The notes under the pieces: generated by a model
What the model saw: only the letters and a program-made list of their open reading frames with translations
Databases searched by the model: none
What the model was told of the DNA's origin: nothing
Program-made: the position numbers and the translations under genes
Shown here: positions 48,435 to 58,214 of the stretch, in pieces
Numbering within the stretch: position 1 is the stretch's first letter
How the letters are laid out: every line of letters starts with the position of its first letter
Assembly (NCBI GenBank): GCA_037625035.1
Contig: JASJIO010000030.1
Location: forward strand, 11,778 to 75,777
Length of the DNA: 64,000 bases
Direction of reading: 5' to 3'
Source of the DNA: Amylibacter sp.
GTDB lineage: Bacteria; Pseudomonadota; Alphaproteobacteria; Rhodobacterales; Rhodobacteraceae

Positions 48435-48509
48435 TAGCAGCCATTCGAACACCCCGCAGCATCGGTCACTTTGGGCTCCTAGCCGCCGTTCGTTGCACTG
48501 CAGCATCGG
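48435..48509. repeat. Two imperfect direct repeat units (about 30 nt, period 45) in a non-coding scar region
   Basis: TAGCAGCCATTCGAACACCCCGCAGCATCGG (48435-48465) against TAGCCGCCGTTCGTTGCACTGCAGCATCGG (48480-48509), about 22/31 identical. An inverted partial copy GATGCTGC is at 48572-48579. Confidence 0.3.
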
Positions 48510-48878
48510 GGCAATTCTTATCACCTACCACCGACACGAACGGCCTATAACTGCCGTTCAATGATCAGCTTGATGCTGCGATGCAGCTTCACCAAAGCAG
48601 ACATTCGCTGCACAGTAACAATTTCATGACAAACGATGGCCCATAAGTGGGATAAGCCTGCTAAGCAATTGCAAGCCTTTATCCACCGTCGCGGTTAATT
48701 TGCGGAGCGCTACTTCCCAGTAGATAACAAATTCACCAAAAAGCGCATGTCTTTTTTGAAAGTAGTGCGAGTTAGTCTGGCATTACTCAGATAAAGAGTG
48801 GTCTGCAAAAATACCGAGGAGGGCAAGTGAACAATAAACTACTAAGGCACGCATTCATTTAACGGTTTAACCTGTGTT

Positions 48879-50027
48879 TCATTTATCCGATAAGTCATCC
48901 ACTGCAATTATTATGGTCGCAAGATCCTGTGCAACTTCACCCATATACACGTCATCATAGCCGGCGTCATTTTCCAAAACGCTCATAAACGCAACAACCA
49001 CGCCTGTTTCGATATTTGCAAAAAGATATTGCCCACCATACCCAGCGTGCCCAACAATATAACCGTTTGTCATCAAGTGGTTGGTGTAACGCAACCACCC
49101 TTTGGGCGGGGTTAGCGGTTTGGAGCGCCTTGTTATACTATGGGTAAGAAAATCACCGGAACCAACTTGTGTTTGTGTGCAGCCAGCGCCGCGCCGTGTG
49201 AGTAGGAGGCCAAAGCGCGCTAGATCGATGGCACTGATGCAGCCACCGCCTGAAAATGCTGGCATTTGGTCTGAGCTAACACTGATATGAAAAGAGCCTT
49301 CATATCCAGCAGCGTCAACGATGTCTTCGATGATCGCGTTTAGGGGGCGTGGGCTCACCCACGAGCAGATCAGAGTTAAGACATCAGTGTTCGCAGATTT
49401 ATAATCGGCAGTCTCCGATGAGTTTCGCATGTCTGTCCCTGTAATGCCTGCGGTGAACTCGGCAAGTGTAGGTTCTTTTGCGTCACCAGAAGGCAACCGC
49501 CATCCCAACGCCATTTCTTCAGCGTAGCAATCACTGCTTGGGTCTGCGTAATCTTCAGAAAAATCGTTTGCGACATTCATATCGAGCAACATTTGCAACG
49601 TTGCATCGGCGTAACCGGTGCCAATGTCAGGCAGATAATAGCTAACCTTTTGGCCCAACTCGAGCAGGCCTTGGTCGAGCAACTGGCCGACAATCAAATG
49701 TATGTGCAGTTTGGTCACGGATTGAATCGAATGTGGCTGAAAAATCGAGAAATCTTTTGCAGACTTCGAATAAACAACAGTGTCATTTTTCAGCACAACA
49801 AGCGCGGAAAACGCAGGATGATCTGTTAAACGTGCAATTTCGGGGAATGTGTTTAGTTCTGAAATGGGCGCATCTTTTAACTCTAACACGTTTTTAGCGC
49901 GGAACATCCAAGAGCGGCGAAACAAGGTGTGGGCATTGTGAAAGCCGTGGCGGCGATGGGCAGGGTGGTTCCACCGTTGTTTGTTGTCCTCTAGAACGCT
50001 CAGATCGGGGTTTGGATGCGTTTTCAT
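48879..50027 (-). CDS. Beta-lactamase-fold serine hydrolase (class C / EstB-like esterase)
   Basis: 382 aa. SxxK nucleophile motif SVTK. ATGA overlap with the upstream CoA ligase. Confidence 0.75.
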   Translation of the reverse strand: MKTHPNPDLSVLEDNKQRWNHPAHRRHGFHNAHTLFRRSWMFRAKNVLELKDAPISELNTFPEIARLTDHPAFSALVVLKNDTVVYSKSAKDFSIFQPHSIQSVTKLHIHLIVGQLLDQGLLELGQKVSYYLPDIGTGYADATLQMLLDMNVANDFSEDYADPSSDCYAEEMALGWRLPSGDAKEPTLAEFTAGITGTDMRNSSETADYKSANTDVLTLICSWVSPRPLNAIIEDIVDAAGYEGSFHISVSSDQMPAFSGGGCISAIDLARFGLLLTRRGAGCTQTQVGSGDFLTHSITRRSKPLTPPKGWLRYTNHLMTNGYIVGHAGYGGQYLFANIETGVVVAFMSVLENDAGYDDVYMGEVAQDLATIIIAVDDLSDK

Positions 50028-52123
50028 TTGGAACCTGTGGTTTGGATCAGGGTATCAACTGCGAGTACGTGATCTTGGTAGACAAAAAGTGGATTTATTT
50101 CGATGTCTCCGATACCAACTGTGTTTGTTTGCACAGCGGTACACAGCGTCAAAATGATTTGCGAAAGAGAGGTTAAATTCACTTTTTCCACCCCGCGAAA
50201 TCCATTTAGAAGTTTCGAAACTTTCAGAGATTGCAACGCGGTCTCAATGTCCAATTGCGTAGCGGGGAGCAAAAGAGTTTTGGCATCGCCTATCAATTCA
50301 ACCAGAATGCCACCACTACCCAAAGTAAGCACCCAGCCAAATTGCGGATCATTGCGCAGTCCGACCACAAGTTCCGCAAGCGGTGAAGCTGCCATGACCT
50401 CGACCAAAAAACTGTCTGTGACAGCGCTTTGATCGTATGCAGACACGGCCTTGGACATGGCTTGAATCGCACGACCCACGTCTTGTGGAGTGCGTAAATT
50501 GAGGGATACTGCGCCAGCTTCGGTTTTGTGGGCCAGCTTGCGGCTCATCATTTTCAAGACAACGGGAAAGCCGAGGTTCTGCGCCGTTTGTGCGGCTGTT
50601 TGTGTAGTTGCAAGCGTGCCCTCTGGAACTGGAAAGCCAGCCTCGTGGAGCCAGCTTTTCCCTGTGGCCTCATCCATATGGTTTGTGTTCGCGCTGATTG
50701 CACCAGCTTCCAATGGTTCGGGAGGGTTTTGCAGGATCGCATCGCGCCGCGATGACCACCAAACTGTTTGGGCAATTGCATTCAAAGTCTCGTGGATGCC
50801 TTGCATCGGTGCAACGCCTGCTTCGATTAATAATTCACGGGTCTGTGCATCCATATTTTCAGGCAAGGTGGCACAAATAGCCGCTGGGGTGCCTGATTTC
50901 TTGGCGGCTTTGGCAAATGCGGCTGCATCGTTTTGATAGTAAATCTTGCTCTCGTCCAAACCTGTGGCAGGGTAATCTTGCACCAAAACAGCCGCGTCAA
51001 CAGTGTTGCAAGAAATTGCCAAGTCAAAGACGGGTTCGGTGAATTCGGGCTGACCCCAAATCGGGGTGGTGTAATCCAACGGGTTTGAAACCGTCGCAAT
51101 TGGGGGCAGGGCCGTTTCCAGTTCTGATGTTGTTTGCGGGCTGAACGCGGGAAACTGCAACCCAATGTCTTCGCCGTGATCGGCGAGCATCGTGGCCCCG
51201 CCGCCAGAACAGGTGAAACCGGCAATGCGATTGCCCTTTGGTCGATCCACAACGCAAAGATATTTTAGGGTTTCAAGCATTTGCGCAGGATTTGTCACGC
51301 CGATCACGCCTGTGCGGTCAAACAACGCCTCGTACAATTCATTTGAGCCTGACAATGACCCCGTGTGACTGATGGTTAGGGTGCTTCCGATTTCAGAACG
51401 ACCCGTTTTAAAGGCCACGATTGGGGTGTTGTGCTTTAGCGCTTTAAGTGCAGCGCGTTCAAACTTTGGAATGTCAGACAGACCCTCGATATGAACTCCG
51501 ATGGCGCGCGTGGCAGGGTTTTCGCTCAAGATGTCGATGAAATCCTCCAGCCCCATAACGGCTTGGTTGCCTGCGGAAATCATGTGAGTTAGCGGGAGTG
51601 AGCGTTGCGACATAGAAATGTCGGACGAAAACATCCCTGATTGCGTGATGATCGCGGCACCATATCCTGGAGAGCTTCCACCATGCGCAAACGGCCAGAG
51701 GGCGACGTTGTCGAGGTAGTTCACAAGGCCGTAACAATTGGGACCGATCAACGCCATGTCTCCGACAGCATCGCGTAATTCTGTTTCCAGTTGCTGACCC
51801 CTGCCGCCCGCTTCTTTGAAGCCAGCGGAATAACAAACGATCCCGCCTGCGCCCATGTCGGCGAGCTGTGCGACCGCATCAACAGCAGGCGCGGCAGGTA
51901 TGGCTAGGAACACAGCATCAGGTGCTTCTGGCAGGTCGTCGATGCTGGCAAAACAAGTCAGGCTTGCCAGGGTTTCACGTTTTGGATTCACCGCCCAGTA
52001 TTCACCTCCAAAACCACGCCGTCGGGCTTCACCGATCGCGACAATGGCGTCTGTGCCGCCAATAAAGGCGATATGGCGTGGAGACAGTAACCTGTCAAAG
52101 TTTTTACGTTGTGCAGGTGTCAT
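50024..52123 (-). CDS. ADP-forming acyl-CoA synthetase (fused CoA-binding plus ATP-grasp; acetate-CoA ligase family)
   Basis: 699 aa. N-terminal CoA-binding/succinyl-CoA-synthetase-like domains and a C-terminal ATP-grasp. ATGA overlap with the ACAD. Confidence 0.8.
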   Translation of the reverse strand: MTPAQRKNFDRLLSPRHIAFIGGTDAIVAIGEARRRGFGGEYWAVNPKRETLASLTCFASIDDLPEAPDAVFLAIPAAPAVDAVAQLADMGAGGIVCYSAGFKEAGGRGQQLETELRDAVGDMALIGPNCYGLVNYLDNVALWPFAHGGSSPGYGAAIITQSGMFSSDISMSQRSLPLTHMISAGNQAVMGLEDFIDILSENPATRAIGVHIEGLSDIPKFERAALKALKHNTPIVAFKTGRSEIGSTLTISHTGSLSGSNELYEALFDRTGVIGVTNPAQMLETLKYLCVVDRPKGNRIAGFTCSGGGATMLADHGEDIGLQFPAFSPQTTSELETALPPIATVSNPLDYTTPIWGQPEFTEPVFDLAISCNTVDAAVLVQDYPATGLDESKIYYQNDAAAFAKAAKKSGTPAAICATLPENMDAQTRELLIEAGVAPMQGIHETLNAIAQTVWWSSRRDAILQNPPEPLEAGAISANTNHMDEATGKSWLHEAGFPVPEGTLATTQTAAQTAQNLGFPVVLKMMSRKLAHKTEAGAVSLNLRTPQDVGRAIQAMSKAVSAYDQSAVTDSFLVEVMAASPLAELVVGLRNDPQFGWVLTLGSGGILVELIGDAKTLLLPATQLDIETALQSLKVSKLLNGFRGVEKVNLTSLSQIILTLCTAVQTNTVGIGDIEINPLFVYQDHVLAVDTLIQTTGSK

Positions 52124-53280
52124 GCACCAAGTGGCCGAAGAATGGCGCGCGTGATGATGTGGCGCTGAATTTCTGATGTGCCGTCCCAGATGCGTTCTAA
52201 ACGGCTGTCACGCCAAAGGCGTTGAATGGGGAGTTCCTCCATCAAGCCCATGCCACCAAAGATTTGAACCGTGTCATCGGCAACTTTGTTCAGCATTTCG
52301 GAGCAGTAAACCTTGACCATCGCTGCATCCATATCTTCCATGCGGCCTTCATCTGCACGCTTCACCGCATCTGCCACCAACAAATCCGCCGTGCGCAGGC
52401 CAATAGCCGCATCTGCTAGACGGAATCCTGTGGCTTGAAAACTGCCAATGGGTTTGCCGAATTGTTTACGGTTTGCAGCCCAGTCTGTGCCCATTTCCAA
52501 TAGGCGTTCTGCTTTGCCACAACAGGTTGCACCGACCCAGATGCGCCCCATTCCTAACCACTTGCCGGACAATTCCAATCCACGACCTTCTTCACCCAAA
52601 ATTTGATCCGGCCCGAGGCGTACATTGTCAAAGCTCAATTGAAAGGTTTTGTAGCCACGGTAGCTTACGCATTTGTGGCCTTCGCTACAGTCAAACCCAC
52701 GTAGGCCCACATCCACCAAAAACGCAGTGACACGTTTGCGCGGGCCACTTGGTGTTTCGTCGATACCAGTGGCCGCAAAAACAATAGCGAAATCTGGCAT
52801 GACGGGGCCAGAGATGAAGTGCTTAGAGCCATTTAAAATCCAGTCGTCTCCGTCACGGCGTGCATTGGTTTTCATGCCCATGACGTCAGAGCCCGCTTCA
52901 GGTTCGGTCAGGGCAAACAGCTCGCGCTTTTCTCCAGTAACGCATGGATCAAGGTACCGAGCAATCTGATCGCCTTCGCACGCCAGCAATAACTCTGTTG
53001 GGCGGGCGATCCATGAATGAAGCGCATGGCTAGTCTTGCCGTATTCCCGTTCAACCACAGACATCGCGGTGTAGTTCAATCCGCCTCCTCCCACGTGTTC
53101 CGGCAAATTTGATGCAAAAAGTCCGACTTCCTTGGAACGTTGTTCGATTTGGTGACCTAATTCGAGAGGGACTTCACCAGCACGATCAACCTCTTCCTCA
53201 TGGGGATAAATTTCTGCTTCAAGGAAGGATTGAACCGTTTTGAGCAGCAGTTCGTTTTCATAGGACACGGCAGTATTCAT
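52120..53280 (-). CDS. Acyl-CoA dehydrogenase
   Basis: 386 aa. LTEPEAGSD motif and ...IFGGMG...RIWDGTSEIQ ACAD signatures. Confidence 0.9.
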   Translation of the reverse strand: MNTAVSYENELLLKTVQSFLEAEIYPHEEEVDRAGEVPLELGHQIEQRSKEVGLFASNLPEHVGGGGLNYTAMSVVEREYGKTSHALHSWIARPTELLLACEGDQIARYLDPCVTGEKRELFALTEPEAGSDVMGMKTNARRDGDDWILNGSKHFISGPVMPDFAIVFAATGIDETPSGPRKRVTAFLVDVGLRGFDCSEGHKCVSYRGYKTFQLSFDNVRLGPDQILGEEGRGLELSGKWLGMGRIWVGATCCGKAERLLEMGTDWAANRKQFGKPIGSFQATGFRLADAAIGLRTADLLVADAVKRADEGRMEDMDAAMVKVYCSEMLNKVADDTVQIFGGMGLMEELPIQRLWRDSRLERIWDGTSEIQRHIITRAILRPLGA

Positions 53281-53295
53281 AGGAGTGCTCGTTTT

Positions 53296-54093
53296 TTAGG
53301 TGTGATCAGGTTGGGTGCGACGACGCGAAATTAGAGCCGACACGACAAAGGCGATGAAGGTGATTGCAATCAGGACAACGGCTGCGGCGGCTACCGTCGG
53401 GTCGGTGTTTTCACGGATCCCGTTCCACATGCGTCGGGGCAGAGTGTAGACCTTGAATTTAGATATGAACAGTGTGACTACGATTTCATCCCAAGACAGG
53501 ATAAACGCGAACAACGCGCCAGCCATTACACCGGGGCGAACTGAGGGCAGGATCACACGGCGCATGGTAGTCCAGTTGGAAGCACCAAGATTGCGAGAGG
53601 CTTGTTCTAGTTTTGGATCAAAATTGGCGAGCGAGGCGCTGACTGTAATGAGAACCATTGGCGCTGCAAGAATCGTGTGGGCGATGATCAGGCCAGAATA
53701 GCTATCCAGAAGGCCCATCGGGATCCACAAACGATAAAATGCCATGGCAGAGATGATCTGCGGGATAATGAGCGGCAGCAGTAGGAAGGCGCGCACGACC
53801 TCGGAGTATTTGGATGAAATTCGCCACAATCCGATGGCGCACAGCGTGCCGAGAGCAGTTGCTAGAAACGATGTGCTGGACGCTATGACAGCACTTTGAC
53901 CAAAACTGGATAGCCAATCTTCGCTGGTGAACAGTTTTTCAAAATGGCGCAGCGAGAATTCGCCTTTGGGCATCGAAAGGAACCGTTTGGGCGTCAAGGA
54001 AACTGGAATTGCGATCAAGGCGGGCAGCACCAGAAACATCAGCAAGACCCAAGCGCCAGCGCGATTGAACAGGGATAGGAACGACGGTTTCAT
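53296..54093 (-). CDS. ABC transporter permease (PotC-like)
   Basis: About 265 aa. EAA-loop-like ASRNLGASNWTTMRRVILP. ATG 54093 overlaps the upstream stop (ATGA). Confidence 0.85.
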   Translation of the reverse strand: MKPSFLSLFNRAGAWVLLMFLVLPALIAIPVSLTPKRFLSMPKGEFSLRHFEKLFTSEDWLSSFGQSAVIASSTSFLATALGTLCAIGLWRISSKYSEVVRAFLLLPLIIPQIISAMAFYRLWIPMGLLDSYSGLIIAHTILAAPMVLITVSASLANFDPKLEQASRNLGASNWTTMRRVILPSVRPGVMAGALFAFILSWDEIVVTLFISKFKVYTLPRRMWNGIRENTDPTVAAAAVVLIAITFIAFVVSALISRRRTQPDHT

Positions 54094-54938
54094 GACGTTG
54101 CTCCGCCAAAGACGGTGCTGAGTTTCATGAACCTGTTCATAACCCAAAGCATGACCAACACGCCGAACAGCATCAGGGCTGCTAGCATGGCCGCGATGCC
54201 CCATTTCAGCGTGATAAGCAGTTGGACGGATATGTATTCGGCGACCATAAGCACTTTGCCACCGCCAAGCACGGCTGGAGTAACGTAGAACCCAAGGCTT
54301 AGGATAAAGACCAGAAGGACCGAAGCAACGATGCCGGGTTTGGTCATTGGTAAATAGATGCGGAAAAACGTTTGAGCGCCTGTGGCGCCAAGATTGCGAG
54401 AGGCGGACATAACCCGTTGGTCCAGCGTTTGCATGTTCACCAACAGTGGCAGCACCGCGTAGGGCACCATGTAGTGGACCATGCCTATTAAAACGCCAAG
54501 TTCATTGCGCATAAACGCGATGGGTTCGGAAATAATGCCAATGGCATCCAGCCATTCATTCACCAACCCTTTGCGCCCTAACAGCATGAGCCACGAAAAC
54601 GTGCGCACAAGGATGGAAATCCAGAACGACACCAACAAGAAAGTCAGCATCATGTTCTGCTCTTTGCGATAGGCATGTACCATCGCGTAGGCCAAGCAAT
54701 AGCCAAGACTTACAGACAAAAGCGTGGTGATGATGCATATGCGCACGGTGGTCCACATGATCCGTGGCAGTGCTTCGCTCTCAAACAGTTTAGCATAGTT
54801 GCCAAGACCGGGTTCAGGGTCAGACACACTTAGCCACAAAATATTCATCAAAGGCCCAAGGTACAAACACGCCACCATCACCAAAAACGGCGCAACAAGC
54901 CACCATCCGGGGCTGATATGTTTGCGAAGTTTTTGCAT
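54090..54938 (-). CDS. ABC transporter permease (PotB-like)
   Basis: About 282 aa. ASRNLGATGAQTFFRIYLP motif. The start is uncertain (ATG 54938 or GTG 54974). Confidence 0.85.
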   Translation of the reverse strand: MQKLRKHISPGWWLVAPFLVMVACLYLGPLMNILWLSVSDPEPGLGNYAKLFESEALPRIMWTTVRICIITTLLSVSLGYCLAYAMVHAYRKEQNMMLTFLLVSFWISILVRTFSWLMLLGRKGLVNEWLDAIGIISEPIAFMRNELGVLIGMVHYMVPYAVLPLLVNMQTLDQRVMSASRNLGATGAQTFFRIYLPMTKPGIVASVLLVFILSLGFYVTPAVLGGGKVLMVAEYISVQLLITLKWGIAAMLAALMLFGVLVMLWVMNRFMKLSTVFGGATS

Positions 54939-55007
54939 GGGTGTCTTTGTTTCCTTTAAAAAATGTTTGGGCACGCAGAGGTAAATAACGCGCCCAAACT
55001 GGTTTGT

Positions 55008-56117
55008 TTAGCTGATTGCCTCAAGGAAAGCATTCACAGCATCACCGCCGTTTTTGCCCCACCATTCGGGATCGTTGTAAACGATTTTGTCGATGTTCAT
55101 CGCCGAAGTGATGGCATAGGGCTGCTGATCTTCTGGAATACTGCCAAACGCGGCTGGGTTCGACGGTGTCATGCCTAAGCAATCCAGCAGTTTCAGCTGT
55201 GCATCTACCTCTTGTGCCGTTGCAATGAATTGCATAACCGCCTCACGGCCTGCAGGGTTGCCCTTTGGAACAATGTACGCACCTGGCATCGCAATGGCTT
55301 GGTTGTTCACCAATTTATAGCGACCATCGGTGTCATTTTCGATGTTGCGGCCGCGGTTTTGCCAAATCATTACCATCGAAGCTTCGCCGTTCACTGCCAT
55401 GGAATGCGCTTCAGAGCCAGAACCCCAATACAAGCTGTTATCCTTAATGGATTTAATCTTGTTTAGTGCGCGATCCATATCGAGCGGATACAGCGCATCG
55501 GCGGCAACACCGTCGGCCAGTAAGGCCGCTTCTAGTGAACCATTGGCCCATTTGTAAAGCGCACGTTGGCCGCCGAATTTTTCGGTGTCAAAGAAATCAG
55601 CCCAGCTTGTTGGTGGATTATCACCATAGGCTTCTGTGTCATATACAAACGCATAGCCGTAAAGGATGATCGAAACACCATGTTCCAGGGCATAGCCTGG
55701 GAGTGTTTTGTCCTTGGACACAATTGAATAATCAATGGCTTCCAAATGACCGGTTGGGCCAAGCGATACGGCGTTGAACAGATCGGCGTCAGCGACATCA
55801 GCGGTTACGTTGCCGCTGTTCACCATTTCTTTGATCTTGCCTTCCAGCGGACCAGAGGTGTCAAACTTCAAGCCTTTGCCAGTTGCGGCGGTGAATGCTT
55901 CACCAATTGCAGATCCGTGGCATTCTTCTGATTGGCCACCCCAGTTCCACATTACCACATGATCAGCTGCGGCTTCTGCATCGCCAGCCATAACAGTCGC
56001 AGATACAAAACCAGTTGCACCACAAAGTGTTAGAAAGGTACGGCGGTCCATCTTGCCAGCCTTGAAGGCATGTGCACCCTCTACCAGCGTTTCACGCATA
56101 AATTGTTTATCACTCAT
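55008..56117 (-). CDS. Periplasmic substrate-binding protein (PotD/PotF-like) with a Tat-type signal
   Basis: MSDKQF...MDRRTFLTLCGATGFVSATVMA. ATG 56117 is preceded by AAGGAG. Confidence 0.85.
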   Translation of the reverse strand: MSDKQFMRETLVEGAHAFKAGKMDRRTFLTLCGATGFVSATVMAGDAEAAADHVVMWNWGGQSEECHGSAIGEAFTAATGKGLKFDTSGPLEGKIKEMVNSGNVTADVADADLFNAVSLGPTGHLEAIDYSIVSKDKTLPGYALEHGVSIILYGYAFVYDTEAYGDNPPTSWADFFDTEKFGGQRALYKWANGSLEAALLADGVAADALYPLDMDRALNKIKSIKDNSLYWGSGSEAHSMAVNGEASMVMIWQNRGRNIENDTDGRYKLVNNQAIAMPGAYIVPKGNPAGREAVMQFIATAQEVDAQLKLLDCLGMTPSNPAAFGSIPEDQQPYAITSAMNIDKIVYNDPEWWGKNGGDAVNAFLEAIS

Positions 56118-56192
56118 TTGTCTTCTCCTTTTTGTCGGTTTCAAAATTATGTGCTGCACCATGTGCCCGGCGCTTGAGAACTCCTCGGTGTG

Positions 56193-57200
56193 TTAATTTT
56201 CGGTCCGCTCCAGTTGAACGACTGCCTTGTCTTCCCACATTAAATCAACGGTTTGGCCCTCAAAAAAGGGCTCTGGACTACGCCAACTGTCGATGTCCAC
56301 TTCCAGCTCGCCTGCGGCTTGGGTGTCCACCATGATCCGCTGCATTGACCCGAAATAGGTGACAGAGCGGATGGTTCCTGACATGCGTGGCCTGGTTTTG
56401 CCTGTGCCAGTCGGCGCTAGGTCGATCTTTTCGGGGCGCAGGGCATGGGTACCATCTGACGTGCGCAAAAAGTTGCTTTTCCCTAAGAAAGACGCCGCAA
56501 ACTCAGACTGCGGGCGTTCATACAGCTCCTTTGGTGTGCCGACCTGTTCCACCGCGCCGTCGCGCATGATCACCACGCGATCAGACATGGACAGCGCCTC
56601 TTCTTGATCGTGGGTGACGTAGATGAATGTGGTTCCGACACGTTTGTGGATGTCTTTTAGCTGTTCTTGAACCTCGACCCGCAGCTTTTTATCAAGCGCG
56701 CCAAGCGGCTCATCCAGTAGCAAGACCGGAGGCGCAAAACACAGTGCACGGGCAAGGGCGACACGTTGTTGTTGACCGCCAGAAAGCTGCCCCGGTTTAC
56801 GGCCTGCAAAGTCTTGCAATTGCACAAGATCAAGCATTTCATCGACGCGTTTGTTGATATCTGCCTTTGGCGCCTTGCGCACTGATAACGCATACCCAAT
56901 GTTGTCGCGCACGCTCATATGCGGGAAAAGGGCATAGCCTTGAAACACCATACCAAAGTTGCGTTTTTCTGCTGGAGTATTGGAAATAGACGTTCCATCC
57001 AGCGCGATATCACCTGCTGAAATGCCCAAGAAACCTGCGATCATCATCAAAAGCGTGGTCTTTCCTGATCCCGAAGGCCCAAGCAACGTCAAGAATTCGC
57101 CTTTTTGGATATCCAGCGAAATATCGTCCACCGCACAAAAAGTACCGAACATCTTGCGTAGATTTTTAATCTGCAATGCGCCTTGGGTGGTTTCAGGCAT
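56193..57200 (-). CDS. ABC transporter ATP-binding protein (PotA-like)
   Basis: 335 aa. GPSGSGKTT, LSGGQQQRVALARAL and LLLDEPL. Confidence 0.9.
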   Translation of the reverse strand: MPETTQGALQIKNLRKMFGTFCAVDDISLDIQKGEFLTLLGPSGSGKTTLLMMIAGFLGISAGDIALDGTSISNTPAEKRNFGMVFQGYALFPHMSVRDNIGYALSVRKAPKADINKRVDEMLDLVQLQDFAGRKPGQLSGGQQQRVALARALCFAPPVLLLDEPLGALDKKLRVEVQEQLKDIHKRVGTTFIYVTHDQEEALSMSDRVVIMRDGAVEQVGTPKELYERPQSEFAASFLGKSNFLRTSDGTHALRPEKIDLAPTGTGKTRPRMSGTIRSVTYFGSMQRIMVDTQAAGELEVDIDSWRSPEPFFEGQTVDLMWEDKAVVQLERTEN

Positions 57201-58091
57201 TTAGCTGTCGGCCCCCCGTAGGTTGAGTTTATTGCGCGCTTCTTGCGGGGTTAGCGCTCGACCGCCCATGCGTTCGATGATTTCCACGGCACGGGTTACC
57301 AGTTGCCCGTTTGATGCAAGCACACCGCGATCCAGATAAATGTTGTCTTCCAATCCAACGCGCACGTTGCCACCAAGGGCGACGGAAGCTGCAGCCATAG
57401 GCATTTGGCCACGGCTGATGCCAAAGCTGGCCCAGCTTGCGCCTTGCGGCAGTTGGGATTTCATCGCAACCATGGTTTCTACGTCTTGATCAGCACCCCA
57501 AGGAATACCAAGGCAAAGCTGGAACATGGGTGGGGAATCAATCAGGCCTTCTGCAACCATCTGCTTGGCAAAACGGATGTGGCCAAGGTCAAAGACCTCA
57601 AGTTCGGGTTTTACACCCCATTCCTGCACCATAGACGCCATTTTGCGCAGCGATGGGGGAGTCGAAATGTAAATCATATCCGTGTCAGAAAAATTCAATG
57701 TGCCACAATCCAGTGAGCAAATCTCAGGTTGGCACAATTCGACATGGGCAAGGCGTTCTTCTGGGCCAATCATATCTGTTCCTGGGCCGGGCATTGCCGG
57801 ATCGTCAGGCGATGAAATCCAATCGCCACCCATTCCAGCCGTCAAGTTCATCACTACGTCTGTGTCGCTGTCACGCACACGATCCACGATCTCTTTGAAC
57901 AGCTTTGGATCACGCGAACCTTGGCCAGTTTCTGGATCACGTGCATGGATATGGGCAACGGCAGCTCCGGCCTTTGCCGCCTCTATGGCAGCGTCAGCGA
58001 TTTCTTTGGGAGTCACAGGAACATGGGGGCTGCGGCCCGTTGTATCTCCTGCACCTGTCACTGCGCATGTAAGCACGACGTCGTAATTCAC
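57201..58091 (-). CDS. BKACE-family (DUF849, 3-keto-5-aminohexanoate cleavage-like) enzyme; candidate dehydrocarnitine cleavage enzyme
   Basis: 296 aa. [10 protein letters not shown].....PVTP.EIA......GAA..H.H.RD pattern. GTG start preceded by GGGAGG. Confidence 0.8.
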   Translation of the reverse strand: MNYDVVLTCAVTGAGDTTGRSPHVPVTPKEIADAAIEAAKAGAAVAHIHARDPETGQGSRDPKLFKEIVDRVRDSDTDVVMNLTAGMGGDWISSPDDPAMPGPGTDMIGPEERLAHVELCQPEICSLDCGTLNFSDTDMIYISTPPSLRKMASMVQEWGVKPELEVFDLGHIRFAKQMVAEGLIDSPPMFQLCLGIPWGADQDVETMVAMKSQLPQGASWASFGISRGQMPMAAASVALGGNVRVGLEDNIYLDRGVLASNGQLVTRAVEIIERMGGRALTPQEARNKLNLRGADS

Positions 58092-58145
58092 CCTGAACCT
58101 CCCTTAAATGTCCTTTCATCTTGGAAACGCGAAAGTCTTGACAGT

Positions 58146-58200
58146 GTCGATTTTTCGTCATTACTGGTTTCAGGGTGGCGATTTTTCGTATTTTTCGACT
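58146..58200. promoter_or_regulatory. Direct repeats in the BKACE / cdhR-like divergent promoter region
   Basis: CGATTTTTCGT at 58148-58158 and again at 58179-58189 (31-bp period). TTTTTCGA at 58191-58198. Confidence 0.35.
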
Positions 58201-58214
58201 TAAAATGAGATGTA

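Noticed and set aside
48377-48550. 57-codon ATG ORF (MITLNARVTPPLQYRLFGSVAAIRTPRSIGHFGLLAAVRCTAASGQFLSPTTDTNGL) as a possible small protein.
   Set aside because: It has no Shine-Dalgarno sequence. Its sequence is generated by the degenerate nucleotide repeats, and it sits in a deletion-scar region. It is more likely non-coding.
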